Below are positions 57,810 through 64,000 of a DNA stretch of 64,000 nucleotides, piece by piece; the first letter of the stretch is position 1; each line of letters begins with the position of its first letter. The notes below the pieces were generated by a model. It was not told where the DNA came from, made no database searches, and saw only the letters and a program-made list of their open reading frames with translations. This DNA is from Podarcis tiliguerta. Lineage: Eukaryota. A program made the position numbers and the translations under genes. The DNA is taken from the NCBI GenBank assembly GCA_965153285.1, contig OZ229113.1, one strand, 5' to 3'.

Positions 57810-60800
57810 TTAATATGCTCATGTTGGACTGTTTCCAAGTCCTATTGCTTGCAGAGATTTTCTAATGTTCTCCATATCCATTGGAAATCAATCCCAAAGC
57901 ACTGCCATGAAGGTAAATATTCTGCTGGAAACTGATAGTGCCTAAATGAAAAAGCTGCACGGTTTGCAACAGTGATGGGAAACTTAGGCCTTTCACATGT
58001 TTGCCTGGAGCTGATGGGAGTCAGAATTCAACATTATCTATAGATGGTCAAAGATTCCACACCCCTGCAGCAGTATTCCAAAAACAGTATTATAATTCCG
58101 GACAATTGTCCTTCATAAGCATCTATCCAAGAATGCTTTTCATAGGAATTCATAAGAAGAGAGTGGCTGACAATCATGTTTCTTAACTTTAATGCATTCA
58201 GTTAATGGATGCCAAACTTTAGAAAAGTTGTCCTTGATTTTCAGATGGTGTAGGGTTCGGGTATATTTTGTTAAGTTTTTCCATTAAAGCAATTATCTGG
58301 AGGTGCCAATAGTCTTGCAAGTCACTTGCAGATGCCTTTGGCCACCATGAGTCTGGCTGCTGCAAACAGGAATCAAAGTAGCTCTTTATAAAGAGCTTTT
58401 TTGGGCAAAGATGTTGAGCTTTTTTTGCCCAAAGTTGTTGTCAAAATCTAAACTTCTGACATGGGGTGCCATGGATTCCAGCGATTTCCGCCCAGACACT
58501 GCTTCCAGGGGCCGAAACATTGTCCGGGAAATTCCGGACATATGGCAAGCTTAACTCAGGGCATCGCAAGGGTAGTTATCTCCTGTGGATATGCTTATAT
58601 GCATTCTCCCAAATGGGCACTGATGGGGTGTGAAATGGGGGTTTGTTCCACAGGCTTGCCATGCTTCTAAATCAATTGTCTTGCCTAGGTAACTTTCCCA
58701 TGGTTGTCTTAAGCTATCTGTGGAACCCAGTGAGATTTCCAAAAGAATCCTATATATACTGGAGAGTAAGCACTTGTCAGGGGATGTGGGTGGCACTGTG
58801 GGTTAAACCACAGAGCCTAGGACTTGCTGATCAGAAGGTCGGCGGTTCGAATCCCCATGGCAGGGTGAGCTCCCGTTCTTCAGTCCCAGCTCCTGCCAAC
58901 CTAGCAGTTCGAAAGCACCTCAAAGTGCAAGTAGATAAATAGGTACTGCTGTGGCAGGAAGGTAAATGGCGTATCCGTGCGCTGCTCTGGTTCGCCAGAA
59001 GCGGCTTAGTCATGCTGGCCACATGACCTGGAAGCTGTACACCAGCTCCCTCAGCCAATAAAGCGAGATGAGCGCCACAACCCCAGAGTCAGTCACGACT
59101 GGACCTAATGGTCAGGGGTCCTTTACCTTTAAGCCCTTATCAAATACTGGGTTTTGCTTTAGCATAATTTCAAAACTAGTTAAATGCCTTGTTGTTTGGG
59201 CCTGAGCTTCAGGGGGTACATACAAATTCTAATCTGCAACCATATCTTTTGTTGACTGATCTATTAATTCCATCCATTTCATCCATGTCTCCTAACTGGC
59301 ATTTCTTGCACTTTGCATATTTCCAGGTGGACAAAGTAAAAAAGAAGATGTAACAATCACCATTCTATTTTCCAGCCTTGCTGGTGTCTTGGGAATTTTC
59401 CTGCTTTCAGTTTTCATCTACCTCCTCTATAGAAGGTATGTATGCCAAAGTCCTAACATAAGCCAGTTCTATAGCTCTGTACAATTGGTCAGCTGCCACA
59501 ATGACCATAAATTCAACTTACTACAGAAAAATAGCAAGGCATTATTTATACAGCTTTCTGCCTCTAACTAGGTTCATGTTGAAATTCAAAGAACTAAATG
59601 GATTTCTCCCCAACCTAGTCACAACTACTTTTCTTGGTTTTCTTGTCTCTGTAAGGTCTTCCTACATTCTATCCTATGAATCACCTTCTAGTTCCAGAGG
59701 CAGAAAGCTGTATAAATAATGCCTTGCTATTTTTCTGTAGTAAGTTGAATTTATGGTCATTGTGGCAGCTGACCAACTCTACAGAGCTGTAGAACTGGCT
59801 TATGTTTGCACTTCCCAAACCAATTTGTGAACCAAAATGCAGCCATCCTTAAAAATTCACACTTCTCTGATTTTTTCAATGTGTTCTCCAACCAAAACAT
59901 GCATACAAAATTGCATATATTTATGAAAATAGTAAGGAAAATTCATTTGGCTGAGAGAAATTGTTTGCAAAATTACCTTAAAAATGTGTGCAAATTCTCA
60001 TGCAGACTGTTTTTTTTTTAAAAAAAAATTGCACGCTGATGTGGAAAATGCTATAATGAACTGAAAATTGAAAAACATGGGAAACTGAGATAAATGTTAA
60101 TTGACAGATTAGTCAGACCCTATTTCTAACAAAGTAGTGGTGATACTCTATATTGGCAGTGGAATGTGTACGTGTATTAGGATCAGTTGTAAGATATTTC
60201 GATGGGTACACTAGATCTGAAATTATCCTAGGGTCTTATAGATGACATGTTTGATCCAAACCCATTTTGCATGGTATCTGGAACAAGGAATCTGATTATA
60301 TTCTCCCCTCCCTGCATATGCCAGAAAAAGAGAAGTTGCTGCACCCAAAAGTCCTGAAACAATGTCAAGACCAAGCATCCAGGTAAGACCAAGGAAATAA
60401 TAAGAGATTTGCTCTGAAACCAATTTTTGGTGTTAAAAAGGGCACAATACTTTTACCATATGGTATAGACATATACAGGGACGCGGTTGGCGCTGTGGGT
60501 TAAAGCCTCAGTGCCTAGGGCTTGCCGATTGAAAGGTCGGCGGTTCGAATCCCCGCGGCGGGGTACGCTCCCGTTGCTCGGTCCCAGCGCCTGCCAACCT
60601 AGCAGTTCGAAAGCACCCCCGGGTGCAAGTAGATAAATAGGGACCGCTTACCGGCGGGAAGGTAAATGGCGTTTCCGTGTGCTGCGCTGGCTCGCCAGAT
60701 GCAGCTTGTCACGCTGGCCACGTGACCCGGAAGTGTCTTCGAACAGCGCTGGCCCCCGGCCTCTTGAGTGAGATGGGTGCACAACCCTAGAGTCTGTCAA

Positions 60801-61814
60801 GACTGGCCCGTACAGGCAGGGTACCTTTACCTTTATAGACATATACACAGGGACGCGGGTGGCGCTGTGGGTAAAACCTCAGCGCCTAGGACTTGCAGAT
60901 CGTCAGGTCGGAGGTTCGAATCCCCATGGCAGGGTGCGCTCCCGTTGCTCGGTCCCAGAGCTTGCCAACCTAGCAACAAGGCGACAACAATCTGTGTGTA
61001 TTCTCGCCTTCCTTCCTTCCAATCTTCTCTTTTCTGAAGACTTCTCTTCTGGGAGGGGAGATCCCATGTATCCCCCAGGTGTTGTTAGTACCACAGTATG
61101 GTCCCTATCAGAATCCTCCCCATCCCCTCCCTGGCTGCTTGCAATGAGAGGAAAGCTTCCATTTGGTCAATAGATTACATAGCCTGGGCTGTTTAAGAAT
61201 TTTTTTTTTTTTTTTTTACAAAATTACCTGCAAAGCAGGACATTTTGTTTTCTTAATGGTAAAAATATTTTCGATGACTTTTCTATAACTCTTGAAAATC
61301 ATGTGGCATAAGAAAGAAAGAAAGAAAGAAAGAAAGAATAAATAATACTCTGCCCATCTGACTGGGTTGCCCCAGAAACTCAAGCATGAATTTATGACTA
61401 GCAGTCAAGAACTTTCCAGTGAAGAAAATATCCAAACAACTGAGTCTACTGCTAATCACAATTTGATACTTTAATAATTTTGATATTGCCACCCACAGTG
61501 TATTTCACAAAAGAAAAAACTCTGCAGTATAAAGGGAATCTTTTCTCATTATTTCTATTGGGGTGGTGCAAGGGGGGAGGGTAAGTCAGAACATTTTCCT
61601 GCATATCATGAGATGAAAGGAACAAATGGGGTTGTGGCAGCTTCCTTCATGTTTTAAAATGCTTCAGAGTTTTACTTAGGTGACAAGCCATGTTTTCTTC
61701 TCAAAGGGATGCACTTCTGTTTTGTAGGAGAGTGAGTTGGAGCCATATGCCATTTTCGTACAAGTGGAAAATGTGATCTATGAGAAAGCAGGTGACTTCC
61801 CACAGAGTGAATGA
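42543..61814 (+). CDS. CD200R1: Cell-surface glycoprotein CD200 receptor 1-like (IgV+IgC2, uncharged TM, tyrosine tail), ~334 aa
   Basis: join(42543..42630,46650..46757,47538..47846,56239..56484,59327..59435,60325..60382,61728..61814)=1005 nt with phase-1 Ig exons. IgV: ..VILTCP..VSW..CYLSY..NCS..W.SRPD..LQI....SEGIYKC..ATADGTF. IgC: VPPE..AICKAVAGKPAAQISW..VTCFVSHP. Tail: LEPYA..ENVIY. Adjacent to GTPBP8/NEPRO as in human 3q13. Exact orthology among CD200R paralogues is unresolved. Confidence 0.85.
42980..43330 (-). mobile_element. L2-type LINE 3' end with microsatellite tail
   Basis: CCCCGCCCATCTGGCTGGGTTTCCCCAGCCACTCTGGGCGGCTTCCAACA tail; short copies at ~24573-24690, ~33670-33845, ~44940-45070, ~57710-57800. 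Confidence 0.7.
45290..45800 (-). mobile_element. Decayed L2-type LINE fragment
   Basis: Degenerate ORF2-like reading (ORF 45360..45734); a similar fragment lies at ~17370-17800(-). Confidence 0.55.
46650..46757 (+). CDS. CD200R1-like N-terminal stalk exon
   Basis: tttttag|..GSFPASGSIQNKSEQHHANSSVTAM..AE|gtaaca; phase 1-1; N-glycosylation sequons. Confidence 0.6.
47538..47846 (+). CDS. CD200R1-like IgV exon
   Basis: C..W..(D/E)EGxYxC V-set pattern plus the extra Cys pair typical of CD200R. Confidence 0.92.
48993..49307 (+). repeat. 5' LTR (315 bp)
   Basis: Direct repeat of 53698..54012; AATAAA at 49234-49239. Confidence 0.97.
49311..49325 (+). other. Primer-binding site, half-tRNA(iMet) type
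   Basis: GGTTATGGGCTCCAG, versus the complement of the initiator-tRNA anticodon arm GGTTATGGGCCCAG. Confidence 0.8.
49622..53650 (+). CDS. Copia-type Gag-Pol polyprotein, 1342 aa
   Basis: Gag PKLNKKNYADW and zinc knuckle CYSCGRLGHMKREC; protease VVDSAATHHM; integrase HH..CC, D(HADL)-D(SDRGGEF)-E(GLAER); RT KARLVARGF..LKKSLYGLKQS..YVDD; RNase H ADASF..CEAEL..QDN..ADVLSK; no internal stops. Confidence 0.97.
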   Translation: MTLKANARVMMALQDACGIPKLNKKNYADWVLYAEAILRKEGLFEVITETPPAPVTDAWKVKDSKARGTLTLIVSPEELCLLRDKTSAREIWDSLREAHLRTEAGSTMFYFNKLHNMALAEGGDVRLHLMEMQNLRHELQQRGLNFPEAVYSFMILQSLGSGWESVATQIAVQPTAQLTVDFVTAVVLNEADRRGASCMGKGESSQTSSHSAVEPPDGAKALKAVKCYSCGRLGHMKRECRYPRAKTEQRSESSSRGKGRGKGKGPVSRTTQHKAMVSRFTPKVAEVQKTSRSFFVVDSAATHHMCNDKRLFVSFTPQEGAIHQADDHTIPSKGYGTVVLHSLDLSIQNVLYVPDAKHNLLSVGQLNERNIDVSFKNKKCIITKKNDYELHAEYVDRLFVLYYDDVVQDDTCCIAGSNKSLHAGCIHDFHRKFGHLHFEAVSKMPALVEGMTIRPCRYHMKCKACAANKVKMAAKGKVSSRQATEPYQIIHADLVGPLAPSLGGNRYFMVLIDAFSRYIFVYNLKQKSEAFPRFKEFCAWLENVHGKKIKTLFSDRGGEFTSQQFEAFLTEKGIQHDLSSPRSPWQNGLAERANQTLLQGLKTLLHDANLPESYWAESLSCFVYSYNRRLSSAIGCTPYEKMFGKKPYIKHMKIFGSDMWVHSPQNSKLDKRGLHGIFLGYQKGSYRIMMTDSKTIKLTRSVEYNAKWGENVGIFQCYPDDSDETEDSQKQPQQPTPTDEGSESESETESGDSEDFKSAKASMRPSESSDQELEEPLFTIGRFSPKKEEESVEDLRLIRRSQRATKGKPPKRFADEFATIAVTAVKSSKKVFEPSSFQEIQGLDSKEAEPWLNAMKAELDSLERNKTWELVPVVPGMKLLGSKWVFKAKTDQNGKIVRHKARLVARGFAQVPGEDYHETYSPTVRYESIRLMLKLAAEENLHISHHDINTAFLYGSLDESLYMLPPDGVQVKQGFVCALKKSLYGLKQSARCWHTKLTEVLFSLGFQQGKADPCVFVKEEGQKKLYCLFYVDDLLFFWKDVAMYNNALAQLKEHFDMKDLGEVNNYLSLEIERDQDGNILVHQSRKIADVLSKLNLMDANPVDTPMTTGYQVDDNGEAFSDSTLYRSVLGKLNFIARCSRPDIAVSCNLLSRQVNNPSVKDWKALKRIARYLKGTMHYRLRFNNQKSGGLEIFADASFGSDTEDRKSTSGVCYMYNQGLFDWSCKKQTTVSLSTCEAELNALSYSLKDCEWLIQLCKDMKIPVKCPIQVYQDNKACLALLKSEGCKQSTKHLQLKLQHAKECIQKGLVTVSYMPGNKIPADVLSKIVSRDQHCTYVQKLGLY
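53684..53697 (+). other. Polypurine tract
   Basis: AGAAAGGGGGAGGA immediately before the 3' LTR. Confidence 0.9.
53698..54012 (+). repeat. 3' LTR (315 bp)
   Basis: No differences from the 5' LTR found by eye. Confidence 0.97.
54939..55181. repeat. Nested inverted repeats (37-bp perfect inner, 20-bp perfect outer)
   Basis: 54957..54993/55039..55075 and 54939..54958/55162..55181. Confidence 0.93.
55198..55858. mobile_element. Composite hAT-like element, copy 2 (with nested Bov-B)
   Basis: Colinear with 5442..5765; TSD TAGAATAT/TGGAATAT. Confidence 0.7.
55316..55643 (+). mobile_element. Bov-B LINE 3' fragment nested in a composite hAT element
   Basis: Same family; (CAA)n tail. Confidence 0.88.
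56239..56484 (+). CDS. CD200R1-like IgC2 exon
   Basis: VPPE..CKAVAGKPAAQISW..VTCFVSH. Confidence 0.92.
58780..59129 (+). mobile_element. Sauria SINE
   Basis: Same subfamily as the 15051 copy; degenerate TSD TAAGCACTTGTCA/TAAGCCCTTATCA. Confidence 0.88.
59327..59435 (+). CDS. CD200R1-like transmembrane exon
   Basis: ITILFSSLAGVLGIFLLSVFIYLLYRR; ttccag/gtatgt. Confidence 0.85.
59455..59806. repeat. 111-bp inverted repeat with 130-bp spacer
   Basis: 59455..59565 versus the reverse complement of 59696..59806, three mismatches. Confidence 0.95.
60325..60382 (+). CDS. CD200R1-like cytoplasmic exon 1
   Basis: RKREVAAPKSPETMSRPSIQ; phase 2-0 fits neighbouring exons; gccag/gtaaga. Confidence 0.75.
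60478..60976 (+). mobile_element. Full Sauria SINE (60478-60833) plus 5' half of a second copy (60850-60976)
   Basis: TSD TATAGACATATACA around the first copy; a second head follows directly. Confidence 0.85.
61728..61814 (+). CDS. CD200R1-like last coding exon (tyrosine motifs)
   Basis: ESELEPYAIFVQVENVIYEKAGDFPQSE*, alignable to human EDEMQPYASYTEKNNPLY. Confidence 0.85.
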   Translation, partial: ESELEPYAIFVQVENVIYEKAGDFPQSE

Positions 61815-62288
61815 CACTTCCCACCAGAGCGCTTTTCTTCAACATGAAACGGTGTCTGACTTGAACTGTGTAAGAGAAAAATACATTGGGGGGTCATTGA
61901 CACCTTACAGTGACCCTCCTATGGACATGGGTACATTTTGGCTTTCTGTATCCTTCCCACAAACCCAACAGCCTGTTGTCTCTCTCTGCCAATGCCCCAT
62001 ACTTGTCAAAAAACCAGAGTCAATTATCTGTATGTAAAAGAGGCTGAGCAATTATGCACCTTTTCTCCAAGCTCTGTGGAATTCTTCCAAGAACGCTGCT
62101 GGCCTTAAATATTCTGCTCTGCATCATAACGAATCTTCTTTTTCTCACATTGACTGTATTTTTCCAGTCTAAGCATTCAGAAAGCTGTTTCGAAAACTAT
62201 GACAAGAGGTATTCTAATTAATTGTCACCATCTTTCTGCCTAATTCAAGCAGACCAATCACTTTAATATGGGGCATTAAGTACAGGTT

Positions 62289-62609
62289 AAAAAGATCAAA
62301 CCTATCCATTCTTAAGGAAATCAGCCCTGAGTGCTCACTGGAAGGACAGATCCTGAAGCTGAGGCTCCAATACTTTGGCCACCTCATGAGAAGAGAAGAC
62401 TCCCTGGAAAAGACCCTGATGTTGGAAAAGATGGAGGGCACAAGGAGAAGGGGACGACAGAGGACAAGATGGTTAGACAGTGTTCTCAAAGCTACCAGCA
62501 TGAGTTCGACCAAACTGCGGGAGGCAGTGGAAGACAGGAGTGCCTCGTGTGCTCTGGTCAATGGGGTTATGAAGAGTCGGACACGACTAAACGACTAAAC
62601 AACAACAAC
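62289..62609 (+). mobile_element. Bov-B LINE 3' fragment
   Basis: Same family; TSD AAGTACAGGTT. Confidence 0.9.
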
Positions 62610-64000
62610 AAGTACAGGTTGAACTGGGAAGGGCTCTCAGGGCCAAATTACTTTTTAAGAGCACTGTTCTAAAAAGGGGACCATGTGTGGAGATTCCTGC
62701 AATGCAGAGGGTTGAACTAGATGACTACAATTCTATGATTCTAAGGACCATATAACCAGCATTCCAAGGAACTGTGGCACAGAAGAAAATAACTGATCTT
62801 TCTCTGACTGACAGACCTGGAAGTAAGACATGCTCCTGGAAGACCGCATCCTGCAGAAGGACAGCTTCTTCCTAAAATTCTCTGGATTATGTTCTATATG
62901 TCGGTGAGGTTAATAGGGAGAGAGCAGGTATGGTGTTGTCAACTGAGTCAGACTTCGAGAGCGAGCTAACCTACCAAATAGAATTGTTGTGAATGAGCAC
63001 ATTGCCCCAAACTCCTTGGAAGAGTGGAATTAAAATATAATAACTAATAGTAATAGAACTAGGGATAGCTCAGACTCTTAATCTCGGGGATTTGGGTTCG
63101 AGCCTCACACTGGGGAAAAGATTCCAGCATTGCAGGGGTTGGATGACCATTGTGGTCCTTCTAACTCTACAATTCTATGATTCTATAAGAGAAAAGTGCC
63201 TGTCGCCCTTTGTGACAAAGTGCCTTATGAAACTTCTCAAAAGTTAATGGCCGTATGTTGTCTATACTTTGTCATTAGTGAACAAATAGCTCTTCACAGA
63301 TCAAGAGCAGAAAGGGGTTTCTGAGGTTATGCATAGGAACCAAAGAAGAGCCCTGTGCAAAAGCCTATCTATATGGCATCCTGTTTCTCACAGTAGCCAA
63401 AAAGATTTCTATAGGAAGCCCATAAGGAGGACACAAGTGCAATAGTGCTTTCCCTTTAGCAACTGGTATTGAAAAAAATGTCCCCTCCAACACAGGAGAT
63501 AATAACACAGCCAATATGATTAGCAGGCATTGATAACCTACTATCAATTGAATTGATCAGCTTCCTGCTGTTTAGACTCATCAGCTGAGCATGCAACAAT
63601 GTTCCTTGATTCTCTGAGAGCTCTAAAGTAAGAACTGGATCCAAATGTAATCAAAAGAAGGAAAAGGAACCCAACTAAATTAGAGCAATAAGGATGTGAA
63701 TCAGGACTGGGCTCAGACTTGAGGGGGTCCTCTGATGAACCCCCTCCTCTGTTAGTTCAACGCGTTGTAAAAGTCATACAGGGAAATCCTGCTGGTAAAA
63801 GACAGGACTCCACAGTGCCATCTGGTTTCACAGTGTTATAATGCATATAAAGTGCTTTGTCGTAGCATTTGTAGCATATAAAGCTTGTGCCAGTCACAGC
63901 CTAACTTACCTCACAAGGTTGTTGTGGGGATTAATTGAGGAGGGGAAAACCATGCATGCCACCTTGAGCTCTTTGCAGAAAAAAAGTGGGATGTAAGTGC

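Overview
Eukaryotic (squamate reptile, most likely a lacertid lizard, judged from the Sauria/Squam SINEs and Bov-B fragments) genomic window. I reconstructed four spliced genes by hand from GT-AG boundaries and reading-frame phase: NEPRO/C3orf17 (+, 9 exons, 543 aa, with one U12-type minor intron), TAF13 (-, 4 exons, 124 aa), GTPBP8 (-, 6 coding exons, 287 aa) and a CD200R1-like inhibitory receptor (+, 7 exons, ~334 aa). The most striking object is a complete, apparently very young Ty1/copia LTR retrotransposon (48993-54012) inserted in sense orientation between the two Ig exons of the CD200R1-like gene. It has 315-bp LTRs that look identical by eye, a GCCTC target-site duplication (TSD), an uninterrupted 1342-aa Gag-Pol ORF and a half-tRNA(iMet)-type primer site. 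The same gene also holds two long inverted-repeat structures. The rest is a dense TE mosaic: Bov-B, CR1, L2 and L1 fragments, Sauria/Squam SINEs, hAT and Tc1/mariner MITEs, and solo LTRs. Most short ORFs in the supplied track are spurious. TE family names come from recognition, not from database searches.
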